From Dehalococcoidia bacterium (lineage in GTDB: Bacteria > Chloroflexota > Dehalococcoidia > Bin125), in assembly GCA_963663235.2 (NCBI GenBank), contig CAXXNO010000012.1, forward strand, positions 192,001-256,000: a DNA stretch of 64,000 nt, in the 5' to 3' direction. The translations under genes were made by a program, and so were the position numbers. Below, piece by piece: positions 47,964-56,656 of the stretch (position 1 is the stretch's first letter; the number at the start of each line of letters is the position of its first letter). Under the pieces are notes generated by a model, which had not been told where the DNA came from, searched no databases, and saw only the letters and a program-made list of their open reading frames with translations.

Positions 47964-48361
47964 TCGCGAACGCCGTCCCCTGGGAAGAGTCGAAGCGTAG
48001 GCTCCTCGCCGACCCAGAAACCCGCGCCGCCTACGACGCGCTGGAGGATCGTTACCAACTGACCAGGGGACTGATCCGCATCCGCCTGGAAGCCGGCCTC
48101 ACTCAGGCCCAGGTGGCGCGGCGGATGGGCGTGACACAGGGGCGGGTGGCGCAAATCGAGTCTCTGAACAGTACCGCCCTCCCCAGCCTCACGAGCATCC
48201 GTCGCTTCGCGGCGGCCTGCGGACAGCAGCCGGTGATCGGGTTTGAGCCGCTGGCAGAGGACTCGCGCGCGTCCACGAAGTCACCTCGGGCGCTGAAAGT
48301 CGCGGAACGGCGCCGCCGAAGCTACGCAGCCAAAGCGAAACCGCGGCCGCGTCGACGCTAG
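47960..48361 (+). CDS. XRE-HTH antitoxin (HigA-like)
   Basis: LLADPETRAAYDAL, RLEAGLTQAQVARRMGVTQGRVAQIE; ATGA overlap with the toxin. Confidence 0.9.
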   Translation: MIANAVPWEESKRRLLADPETRAAYDALEDRYQLTRGLIRIRLEAGLTQAQVARRMGVTQGRVAQIESLNSTALPSLTSIRRFAAACGQQPVIGFEPLAEDSRASTKSPRALKVAERRRRSYAAKAKPRPRRR

Positions 48362-48402
48362 GGGCCGCCGGTCGCGCCCGCCCCGCTTGCTACACTGCGA
48401 CC

Positions 48403-48549
48403 ATGCGGCTGCAGTTGAAGCTGGCCCTGGCCGGCGCGGCGCTGATCGTTGGGCTGCTGATCGTGATCCTGATCAACAGCAGCCTGGGCGTCGACAGCGA
48501 CGAGACGATCACCGATCTCAACCGCCCGGAGATCGTGGGCGAGCGGTAG
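48403..48549 (+). CDS. Small single-TM protein, 48 aa (below the track cutoff)
   Basis: MRLQLKLALAGAALIVGLLIVILINSSLGVDSDETITDLNRPEIVGER; TACACT -10 element 6 nt upstream; GC3-rich codons. Confidence 0.68.
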   Translation: MRLQLKLALAGAALIVGLLIVILINSSLGVDSDETITDLNRPEIVGER

Positions 48550-48574
48550 GCCGTCCGCCTCACAGGAGCGTCGC

Positions 48575-48883
48575 TTGCCCAAAGTCACCATCGAGCCGTC
48601 CGGGATCGAGATCGAGGTTTCCCGGGGCGAGACGATGATGGCCGCGGCCCGCGCCCAGGGGTACTACTGGCCCACCACCTGCGACATGCAGTGCCGCTGC
48701 GCGACCTGCTTCGTCATCGTGCTGGAGGGCGCCGACCACCTCTCGCCCATGTCCGCCGCCGAGCGCAAGGCCTTAATCGAGCAGCGCGGCCGGCGGGCCC
48801 TGGAACAGCTGGTGCGCCTGGGCTGCCAGGCCTCGGTCCACGGCGACGTCACTGTGCGCAAGCCCGGCGTCCGGCTCGAGTAG
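48575..48883 (+). CDS. 2Fe-2S ferredoxin
   Basis: CDMQCRCATC...RLGCQ; AGGAG RBS before TTG. Confidence 0.88.
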   Translation: MPKVTIEPSGIEIEVSRGETMMAAARAQGYYWPTTCDMQCRCATCFVIVLEGADHLSPMSAAERKALIEQRGRRALEQLVRLGCQASVHGDVTVRKPGVRLE

Positions 48884-49051
48884 AGCCCGCGAGCCCGGCC
48901 CTGAGGCCGTCCCTGAGTCGCTACTGCGCGGCCGTCGGCATATTGATAAGAGTCGTAGTTCTCGGCCGCTCGGATAGAGCGATCCGATATAATGCGTATC
49001 GCCCGGAACCAGTGGGCGGGGCGTGAGGCCCGTGACGTCCGGGGGGGCACC

Positions 49052-50035
49052 ATCGAGATCGGCCGGCTTGAAGCGTTCGTGCGCGTCGCGCAATTGCGCT
49101 CCTTTTCGAAGGCGGCGGAGGCGATCTACCTCACGCAGCCCACGGTGACCGCCCGCATCCAGGCGTTGGAGCGGGAGCTGGGCGAGCCAATGTTCGAGCG
49201 GATGGGACGCAGCATCCGCCTCACCGACGCCGGGGCGGCCTTCCTGCCCCACGCGCAGCGCGCGCTCCAGGCGCTGGTCGAAGGCCGCGACGCCCTGGTC
49301 AGCGTGCGCAACGTGGAGCACGGCACGCTGGCATTGGGGACGGCCCCCACCGTCGGCACCTACGTCTTGCCTCGGCTCTTGGAGCGCTTCGCCGATCGCC
49401 ATCCCGGCGTGGAGATCACCATTCGCACCGGCCGCTCCGAGGAAGTGATGGCCATGGTGCTGGCGGACGAGGTCCAGGTGGGCTTGGAACGCTACCTGAA
49501 CCACCCGGACATCGAGACCGTGCCGTTGTACCAGGACGCCATCTTCCTCATGGCGGGCACGGACCATCCCATCGCCCAGCGTCAGCGGGTGCGTGTCCAG
49601 GACGTCGTGCACGAGTCCGTCATCTTCTTCGACGTCGGCTCGTCGTATCACGCCATCAGTCACGGGATCTTCCGCGAGACGGGCACGCCGCCCCGGCACG
49701 CGCTGGAGGTCGACAACCTGGAGATGGCCAAGCACCTGGTGCTCGAGGGGCTGGGCCTGGCGTTCCTGCCGCAAGTCGCGGTGGAGCAGGAACTAGCGGA
49801 AGGCCAACTGGTCACCATCGACATCGAGGGCGCCGAGCCACTGACACGGGAGATCGCCGTGATCTATCGCAAGCACCGCCTCCAGAGCCGCTCCGTGGTG
49901 GCGTTCCTTAACCTCCTGCAAGAGGTGTACCAGTTCGAATACCCCGATCCGGAGGGCGCTCCAGCGACGGAAAGCGACACCCGGCCCACCGGAGAGGGCG
50001 AGCGCGCCGCGCCCGCCGCCGGGCGGCGCGGCTGA
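49052..50035 (+). CDS. LysR family transcriptional regulator (start uncertain: ATC 49052 or ATG 48992)
   Basis: SFSKAAEAIYLTQPTVTARIQALERELG..MFER, LTDAG, GLGLAFLP. Confidence 0.92.
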   Translation: MEIGRLEAFVRVAQLRSFSKAAEAIYLTQPTVTARIQALERELGEPMFERMGRSIRLTDAGAAFLPHAQRALQALVEGRDALVSVRNVEHGTLALGTAPTVGTYVLPRLLERFADRHPGVEITIRTGRSEEVMAMVLADEVQVGLERYLNHPDIETVPLYQDAIFLMAGTDHPIAQRQRVRVQDVVHESVIFFDVGSSYHAISHGIFRETGTPPRHALEVDNLEMAKHLVLEGLGLAFLPQVAVEQELAEGQLVTIDIEGAEPLTREIAVIYRKHRLQSRSVVAFLNLLQEVYQFEYPDPEGAPATESDTRPTGEGERAAPAAGRRG

Positions 50036-50049
50036 ACGGAGGCAGTGTC

Positions 50050-50409
50050 GTGCCGCCTGCGCCGACCTTCTTCTGCAAGAGGGGCTGAAGCACCTGCAAT
50101 CGAGCCCGTGCATGGCTCCAGGCGCAAGGAGTAGCCTTTGACGAGCGAGAGTTCTTTCGCAGCCCGCTGACGCCCGCTGAGCTCCACACCTTGATCGGCC
50201 AGCGCGAGGCGCGCGAGCTTTTCGCCGCGCGAAGCCCGAGCGTGCGCAAGCGCGGCCTCAACGTCGACAGCCTGACCGACGATCAGATGCGCGCGCTGAT
50301 GCTGGAGGAGCCGCGTCTGCTGCGGCGGCCGCTGTTGAGAATTGGGCGGCGGGTGCTGGTGGGCTTCAACGAGAGCGCTTGGCGAGAGGCGCTGCCGCGG
50401 GAGCCTTGA
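50050..50409 (+). CDS. ArsC/Spx/MgsR family selenoprotein (UxxC; Sec at TGA 50086-50088)
   Basis: GGAGG RBS plus GTG: MPPAPTFFCKRG-U-STCNRARAWL...EPRLLRRPLL...LVGFNE, in frame with track ORF 50191-50409. Confidence 0.88.
50102..50118 (+). promoter_or_regulatory. Putative SECIS hairpin
   Basis: GAGCC-CGTGCAT-GGCTC, 13 nt after the TGA. Confidence 0.6.
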
Positions 50410-51412
50410 CGGCTTCGTCGCGGAGCTTTTTCAAGATCTTCACGTTCTTGGCATCGGGGCCGCCGCCCCCGAAGCCGGGCACTTCCAGAAGGAATGGGAG
50501 CCGTCGAAAGGCGGAGTGCGTCAGCACGTTACGGAACCCCGCTTTGCCGATAGACCCCTGGCCGATGTTCTCGTGCCGGTCCTTACCCGAGCCGAAGGGC
50601 GTCTTCGAGTCGTTCGCGTGCACAGCGACCAGGTTGGCCAGCCCGATCTCGCGGTCGAAGCGGGCCATGGCCTCCTCCAGCCCCTGCGGATCGGTCAGGT
50701 CGTAGCCGGAGGAGAAAGCGTGGCAGGTATCGATGCAGACCTTCACGCGGTCGCTGCCCACCGCGTCCATGATGGCCCCGATCTCCTCCCAGGTGCTCCC
50801 CACGCTGGCCCCTGTGCCGGCGTTGTTCTCGATGCAGAGCCAAGCGTCGTTCGGTGAGTCCGCCACGATGCGGCGCATGGCCTCCGCGATCTGCGGCAGC
50901 ATAGTCTCGAAGCCCGCGCCCTTGTGGCTGCCGACGTGAAAGATCACCCCGGCGATGCCAAGGTCCGAAGCCAAGCGCAGGTCGGCCGTAAGCGACTCGA
51001 TCCCTTTCTCCAGGTTGGTCTGGTCTTCCGTCGCCAGGTTGGTGAGATAGATGCCGTGGATGAAATTGGGGCCGATCCCCGCCTCGTCCATGCCTTGCCG
51101 GAAGGCGGCGATCGCCTCCGGCGCGTGCTGCTTGCGCCGCCACTGCTGCGGAGCAGCGGCGAAGATCTGCACCGCCTCCGCCCCGATGCTCAGCGCGTTC
51201 TGCACGGCCACCTCGATGCTCCCCGCCGTCGAAACGTGCGCACCGATTCGCGGCCAGCGATTATCCTCCTGCGCCCCGGCGCGCTTCGCGGCGTGCGTCC
51301 TCGCCGCCGCCGTGCCGTCTGCCCGCTTCTTCGCGGCGCTCTTCTTCGCTGCGGGCCTCTTGGCCGCGGGTTTCTTCGCTGCGCTCTTCCGGGTCACGAT
51401 CTTTCTGGGCAT
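50366..51412 (-). CDS. nfo: Endonuclease IV with Lys/Ala-rich N-terminal tail
   Basis: IGAHVS, QIF, HGIYLTNL, FHVGS, IENNAG, CIDTCH, HANDSK, DRHENIG. Confidence 0.93.
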   Translation of the reverse strand: MPRKIVTRKSAAKKPAAKRPAAKKSAAKKRADGTAAARTHAAKRAGAQEDNRWPRIGAHVSTAGSIEVAVQNALSIGAEAVQIFAAAPQQWRRKQHAPEAIAAFRQGMDEAGIGPNFIHGIYLTNLATEDQTNLEKGIESLTADLRLASDLGIAGVIFHVGSHKGAGFETMLPQIAEAMRRIVADSPNDAWLCIENNAGTGASVGSTWEEIGAIMDAVGSDRVKVCIDTCHAFSSGYDLTDPQGLEEAMARFDREIGLANLVAVHANDSKTPFGSGKDRHENIGQGSIGKAGFRNVLTHSAFRRLPFLLEVPGFGGGGPDAKNVKILKKLRDEAVKAPAAAPLAKRSR

Positions 51413-51583
51413 GAAGCACTTTCCCGCCGATTCCGCCACGACGATGGGGCAGCCGTCACCCGCCACCCGCGGCGCAGTATATCGCCGCGCGCGCAACGTG
51501 GCGCGCCCCGAAATCGCGGGGTCGTTGGACGCGCGCGCGGCGTCCGGTAGGCTGGGCGCGCAGCGAGCCCCGGGACAGCGAGA

Positions 51584-52039
51584 GTGGTCGTGGCAGTTAT
51601 CGAATCGATCCCCACGCGCGCCGAGCAACTGGAACTGGAACCCACGGTCCCGCCGGAAGCGTGCGCGGGCCTCCAGGCGGGCGCGGCGCTGTTCGATCGC
51701 GGCCGATTCTGGGACGCGCACGAGGCCTGGGAGGAGGTCTGGCAGGCGGAGCGCCGCCCCATTCGCTCCTTCTACCAGGGTCTGATCCAGATCGCCGCCG
51801 GTCTGCATCACTGGACCGTGAAGCGCAACCCCACAGGCGTGGAGCGAAACATCTCGCGGGGAGTCGAGAAGTTGTCCTGGTACCGACCCGCCTATCTCGG
51901 TGTCGACATCGACGCGATGATCGACGACGCCGAGGCCCTGCGCGCCGCCGCCCAAGGGCGCGACGCCGCCTGGCTGGGCGCGTTTCCAGCCGACCGGCTG
52001 CCCAAGTTCCGCTGGCTCGCCGACGGTGGCCGCGGATAG
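51584..52039 (+). CDS. DUF309 domain protein
   Basis: LFDRGRFWDAHEAWEEVW, QGLIQIAAGLHH. Confidence 0.9.
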   Translation: MVVAVIESIPTRAEQLELEPTVPPEACAGLQAGAALFDRGRFWDAHEAWEEVWQAERRPIRSFYQGLIQIAAGLHHWTVKRNPTGVERNISRGVEKLSWYRPAYLGVDIDAMIDDAEALRAAAQGRDAAWLGAFPADRLPKFRWLADGGRG

Positions 52040-52481
52040 CCCGGCTCGCCTCAAGGTGAAGCGGCTGCGCCCCAGCGCCCGCCTGCCCGAGCGTCGCACG
52101 CCGGGCAGCGCCGGCCTCGATATCTACGCCGACCTCGCGGCCGAAGGCGAGAGCCTGGAGCTGGGGGACCGTCCCCGCCTCGTACCCACCGGCATCGCCG
52201 TGGAGCCGCCGCCCGGGTACGAGGTGCAGATCCGGCCCCGCTCGGGCCTCTCCAAGGAGGGGGTGGACGTCGCCTTCGGCACGGTGGACGGCGACTACCG
52301 GGGCGAACTGCTGGTCAACATGTCGGTGCGAGGCGGCCCCGGACAGCGGTTCCGTATCCGCCACGGCGACCGCATCGCGCAGATCGTGGTCGCGCCGGTG
52401 GCGACAGCAGTGGTCGAGGAGGTGTCGGAACTGTCGCCCACCGACCGCGGGGCCGACGGCTTCGGCTCAACAGGGCGCTAG
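52026..52481 (+). CDS. dut: dUTP diphosphatase
   Basis: SAGLDI, RPRSGL, GTVDGDYRGE, RIAQ, RGADGFGSTG. Confidence 0.95.
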   Translation: MAADSPARLKVKRLRPSARLPERRTPGSAGLDIYADLAAEGESLELGDRPRLVPTGIAVEPPPGYEVQIRPRSGLSKEGVDVAFGTVDGDYRGELLVNMSVRGGPGQRFRIRHGDRIAQIVVAPVATAVVEEVSELSPTDRGADGFGSTGR

Positions 52482-52500
52482 CGGCAAACCCGCACCAGCG

Positions 52501-54267
52501 ATGGAGCCCGTCATGCAATGGAGCGTGCAACGGAGCCTGCGACGCGGCCTCATCCCCGGCCTCGTCCTGATCGCCGCCGGCGCGCTCGCCTGTTCCACCG
52601 ATTCCGAGCCGGACCGCCCTGCCGAGCCGGATCGCCCGGCCGCGGCAGCGGCCCCACGGGTCGATCCCGCTCCCGACACGTCCAGCGCCGCTCCCGCGGT
52701 GCCCGTCGAGACGCTGCCTCCACCACTCCAGGTATTCGTCGATCTCGGGAGTGAGACGGAGCGCGACGCGACGCTTGCCGCCCTGCGCTCGCTCGGGCCG
52801 GTAGAAACGCTGACGGATGTTGCGGCCGCCGACATCGCCGTCCGCGACCACGCGCTGCCGGACGCCGAGCGCTATGTGATCGGCGCGTGGGCGGCCGTGG
52901 TCCATCAGCGTCAGGACGTGCTGGAATTGAGCCTGGACGCGGTTCGCTCAATCGTCGGCGGCGAGGTGACGGACTGGTCGGACTTCGGCGCAGCGCCCCA
53001 GCCGCTCACGCTCTACCTCCCCGAAGCGGACGCCGACGCCATCGCAACGGCGCTGTTCACGCGGCCGTCGCCGCAGGCGCACCTCGGGCCGCCCGCGTCG
53101 ATCGTCGAACGGGTGGCCAATGAGCCCGGCGCCATCGCGCTTGTGCCGGTGTCGGCGCTGCGCTTGGGCGTCCGGGCGCTGGTGGTGGAAGGCCACGACC
53201 CCTACCGCGACCCCGCAGCCGCCTCCCCGATCCGCACACAGCGCTGGCTGCGCGTGGACCCGGCCATCGGGTCCGAGACCGTCGTCGATCTCCTCGGCTG
53301 GACCGATCAGGCCCCCACGGCAGATCCGGCCGGCCTGCTGGCCACCGGCGATCTGATGCCGGGACGCTGCGTAGGCGAACGACTGGAGGCGCTGGCCGAC
53401 TACGGGGCGATGTTCGATGGCACGCGCGACCTCATCCAGGCGGCCGACCTCGCCGTGGCCGCGCTGGAGGCGGGCGTCACGGACCTGGGCCCACCCACGC
53501 CCTGCACGCGGACGTTCATCCTGCACGCGAGTCCCCAGGTCATCGCCCCCATGATCGAAGCGGGCTTCGACGTAGAGAACACCGCCGCCAACCACGCGGG
53601 CGACTGCTGGGACGGCTGCCTCTGGCCGCAGGCGTTGCTCCACACGGGAGAGCGGTTGGACGCGGCCGGCCTGGTCCGCGTCGGCACCGGCCCCGACCTC
53701 TCCGCCGCCGGCGCGCCCGCCATCGTCGAGCGCGACGGCGTGCGCCTCGCCCTGCTAGCCTACGACGACATCGCCCCCTACTACGCGGCGACGCCGGAGT
53801 CGGCCGGCGTCGCGCCGCTGGACCTGGAGACCCTCGCAGCCGATATCACCGCTGTGAAGACGCAGGTCGATCACGTCATCGTGATGGTGCACTGGGGCAT
53901 CGAGTACGTGGCGGACCCTTCACCCCGGCAGCGCGAGGCCGCCGCGGTGGCGGTGGCGGCCGGGGCGTCGCTGGTCATCGGCAACCACCCGCATTGGGTG
54001 CAGGCCGTGGAGGAGTTCGAGGGCGCCGTCGTCGCCTACGCGCTCGGCAACTTCGTCTTCGACCAGAACTGGTCGGTCGCGACGACGCAGGGGATGGTGC
54101 TGGAGGTGGGCTTCGACCGAGAACGCGTGCTCGGCTACCGTCTGCGGCCGATCATCATTCGCGACATCCATCGCCCGGAGTTCGTCGACCCCGCCGACGA
54201 AGGGGACCCCATCCTGCGCCGCGTCTGGGACGCGACCGACCGGCTGCCGCCGCGGACCAACGACTAA
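52501..54267 (+). CDS. CapA/PGA_cap metallophosphoesterase lipoprotein with N-terminal PBP-like domain
   Basis: ALAC lipobox, ATGDLM, AANHAGD, VHWGIEY, IGNHPHWVQ, YALGNFVFDQ. Confidence 0.9.
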   Translation: MEPVMQWSVQRSLRRGLIPGLVLIAAGALACSTDSEPDRPAEPDRPAAAAAPRVDPAPDTSSAAPAVPVETLPPPLQVFVDLGSETERDATLAALRSLGPVETLTDVAAADIAVRDHALPDAERYVIGAWAAVVHQRQDVLELSLDAVRSIVGGEVTDWSDFGAAPQPLTLYLPEADADAIATALFTRPSPQAHLGPPASIVERVANEPGAIALVPVSALRLGVRALVVEGHDPYRDPAAASPIRTQRWLRVDPAIGSETVVDLLGWTDQAPTADPAGLLATGDLMPGRCVGERLEALADYGAMFDGTRDLIQAADLAVAALEAGVTDLGPPTPCTRTFILHASPQVIAPMIEAGFDVENTAANHAGDCWDGCLWPQALLHTGERLDAAGLVRVGTGPDLSAAGAPAIVERDGVRLALLAYDDIAPYYAATPESAGVAPLDLETLAADITAVKTQVDHVIVMVHWGIEYVADPSPRQREAAAVAVAAGASLVIGNHPHWVQAVEEFEGAVVAYALGNFVFDQNWSVATTQGMVLEVGFDRERVLGYRLRPIIIRDIHRPEFVDPADEGDPILRRVWDATDRLPPRTND

Positions 54268-54321
54268 GTCCCCGACCCACCAGCCTGGATCGCCCGGCCG
54301 CGCTCGTACAATGCCGCCGAC

Positions 54322-54834
54322 ATGCGCACGCGACACGTGGTCACGGCGTTTCTCCTGCACCCGGACACGGCCCGCCCCCGCCTCTTGCTGGGCAAGCGCA
54401 GTCGCGCCGTGCGCACCTACCCCGGCCGGTGGGCGGCCATCAGCGGGGCGCTCCCTCCCGACGTCGCACCCGAAGCGCAGGCGCGACGCGAGGTGCGGGA
54501 AGAGGCCGGGCTGCCGGCATCGAGGCTGCGCTTTCTGCTCGAAGGGCCGCCCTTCGCGACGGTGGACCAGGGGTTGGCGGCGCGCGCGGCGGGCGTGCCC
54601 GTGATCGCCGCGCTGGACAGCGCCAAGCTCCGCTCGCGGCCGCGGCTCTGGCTGGACCTGGAAATCCGCGCCCACCCGGGAACCACGCCTCCCGGCCCGA
54701 CGTTAGATCGGACCGAGGGGTCTCTGCTGGACTCGATCGTCACTGAGGGTGGTGCGCTCAGCGATCGCGCGCGACGCCGCCTGGTTCAACGACACGCCCG
54801 CGCCCTACGGGCGCTGCAGCCTCCGGCACGATAA
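54322..54834 (+). CDS. NUDIX N-terminus joined to an eIF-2B/MtnA-like C-terminal fragment (probable internal deletion)
   Basis: VVTAFL..KRS..YPGRWAAISG..ARREVREEAG, then LAARAAGVPVI..K...PTLDRT..LLDSIVTEGG. Confidence 0.65.
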   Translation: MRTRHVVTAFLLHPDTARPRLLLGKRSRAVRTYPGRWAAISGALPPDVAPEAQARREVREEAGLPASRLRFLLEGPPFATVDQGLAARAAGVPVIAALDSAKLRSRPRLWLDLEIRAHPGTTPPGPTLDRTEGSLLDSIVTEGGALSDRARRRLVQRHARALRALQPPAR

Positions 54835-54874
54835 AGTGCAAGGAGCCGCGGAGACGCCGGCATCGGAGAAGCTC

Positions 54875-56479
54875 ATGCCGTATCGACGCCTGCTGGTGCT
54901 CACCTTGCCGCTGATCGCGGCGCTGGCGCTGGCCGCCTGCGGCGGCGATGGCGACGGCGACGGCGGTGAGCAAGGCATCGCCGCTCCCGAAGAACCCCTC
55001 CCCCCTCTCACGGACGGGGAGGGGCCGCTCACCGTCGATGATCTGGACGGCCTCGCCGAGGAGGCCGCCCGCGAGTCGGCCGAGCAGGCCGCCGCTGACC
55101 AAGAGCGGCCCGAGGCGACTGAGGAGCCCGCCGACGTCGTGGAGGTCGATACGCCCCAGCGCACCGAAGCCACCACCCACACCGTGCAGGCGGGTGACAG
55201 CCTGCTAGCCATCGCCGACCGCTTCGGCATCACGCTGGAAGCGCTGCTTGAGGTCAACGGGATCTTGGACCCCAACGACCTGGACGTCGGGCAGGTCCTG
55301 ATCATCCCACCGCAGCAAGAAGACGCCGAGGACGACGAGGACGCCGAAGACGCCGAGGGGCCGGGCGAGGCTGGTGAAGCGGTGATCATCCCGGCGCGGC
55401 CGGATCAGTTCGACGCCTTCATCAACGCGGCGGCCGGCTGGGTCAACGCCCGTAACAACATCAGCGATTGCCTGGTGCCCCTCTTCGAGCAGTGGGGCAT
55501 GCCGCCGGTCGCGGGCGGCGACCGCTGTCATCTGGTGGACACCAACCTGGACGGAGAGGCAAGCGCGGTGGTGGTCTTCACCGATCCCCGTCCGTCCGAC
55601 CTCCCCTATATCAACAGCGACCTGGTGATCTTCGAGCCGCTGGAAGACGAAAGCGGCTACCGCGTCGCCTACCGCCTCGCCAGCGGGGAGCCCGACTTCA
55701 TGGCCCTCGACGTCGCGGTGATCCATACCGGCGATCTCACCGGCGACGGCGAGCCGGAGGTCACCTTCCGGGAGCTCCAATGCGGCGCCAGCACCTGCGT
55801 CACCATCATCCACGTCCTGGAATGGCAGGACCCCATCGACGCCTACGTCGATCTCGCCACGGGACCGGGACTCATCGAGATCCCCACCGCTACCTCCATC
55901 GACCTGAGCGACCGCACCGGCGACGGCGTGCCGGACATTACGGTGGAGGGCGGCGCGTTCGGATCGGTCGGGGCGGGGCCGCCCTGCCCGGGCCGGTTCA
56001 CCTACAGCGCCGCCGGAGGCGTCGTGGACTTGGTCGCGGTGGAGCGGCTGCCCACCGTCTGGCTTGCCTGCGCCGTTGCGCCCGGGAACGAGGCGTTTGA
56101 CGCGGGTGAATACGAGAGCGCGCTGAGCCTCTACGGGAACATGATTGCGGACACGTCGCTCCAGGAGTCCGGGTTCGTGACCAACGAACGGGCGGAGATC
56201 ATCGCCTTTGCCCGCTTGCGGCGCGCGCTCGCGCAGGCGGCGCTGGGCGACAGCGCCGAAGCCATCATCGAGGCGCAAGCCGCGGCCGGAGGCGAGGGAC
56301 TGCACCCGCTGCTGGCAGAGGCGTTTCTCGCCGGCTTCGCGGGAAGCCGGGACCTCAGCGCCGGCTGCCGGGCACTCAACGACCAACTCGCCCTGTTCGT
56401 CGATCTCTTCGACGGTTTCTGGCAGCAATTAGGCTACGGGCTGCCGTCCGTGCGCGCGGAGAATCTCTGCCCGTTCTAG
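54875..56479 (+). CDS. LysM-domain lipoprotein
   Basis: LAAC lipobox, HTVQAGDSLLAIADRFG LysM, DLTGDG/DRTGDG motifs, CGASTC. Confidence 0.85.
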   Translation: MPYRRLLVLTLPLIAALALAACGGDGDGDGGEQGIAAPEEPLPPLTDGEGPLTVDDLDGLAEEAARESAEQAAADQERPEATEEPADVVEVDTPQRTEATTHTVQAGDSLLAIADRFGITLEALLEVNGILDPNDLDVGQVLIIPPQQEDAEDDEDAEDAEGPGEAGEAVIIPARPDQFDAFINAAAGWVNARNNISDCLVPLFEQWGMPPVAGGDRCHLVDTNLDGEASAVVVFTDPRPSDLPYINSDLVIFEPLEDESGYRVAYRLASGEPDFMALDVAVIHTGDLTGDGEPEVTFRELQCGASTCVTIIHVLEWQDPIDAYVDLATGPGLIEIPTATSIDLSDRTGDGVPDITVEGGAFGSVGAGPPCPGRFTYSAAGGVVDLVAVERLPTVWLACAVAPGNEAFDAGEYESALSLYGNMIADTSLQESGFVTNERAEIIAFARLRRALAQAALGDSAEAIIEAQAAAGGEGLHPLLAEAFLAGFAGSRDLSAGCRALNDQLALFVDLFDGFWQQLGYGLPSVRAENLCPF

Positions 56480-56656
56480 CTCCGCGACTGTTCGAACCCG
56501 TTTGTAGCGGCTCCAAGAGGGCCGAGAGGTGCGCTCAACCCCTCGCCATGACGCGCGTTGAGCGAGCCGTCCGGCGCCCGCCGGCGCCCGTGGCCCGCAC
56601 TACGGAACCAGACACCGCCGGGGAGGCCGGCGACATCCCCTAGGATCGGAAGCGGC

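Noticed and set aside
56480-56570. Hairpin-containing spacer (CGCTCAAC...GTTGAGCG) as a SAM, ZTP or SAH riboswitch
   Set aside because: Core consensus elements are missing; only one stem is supportable.
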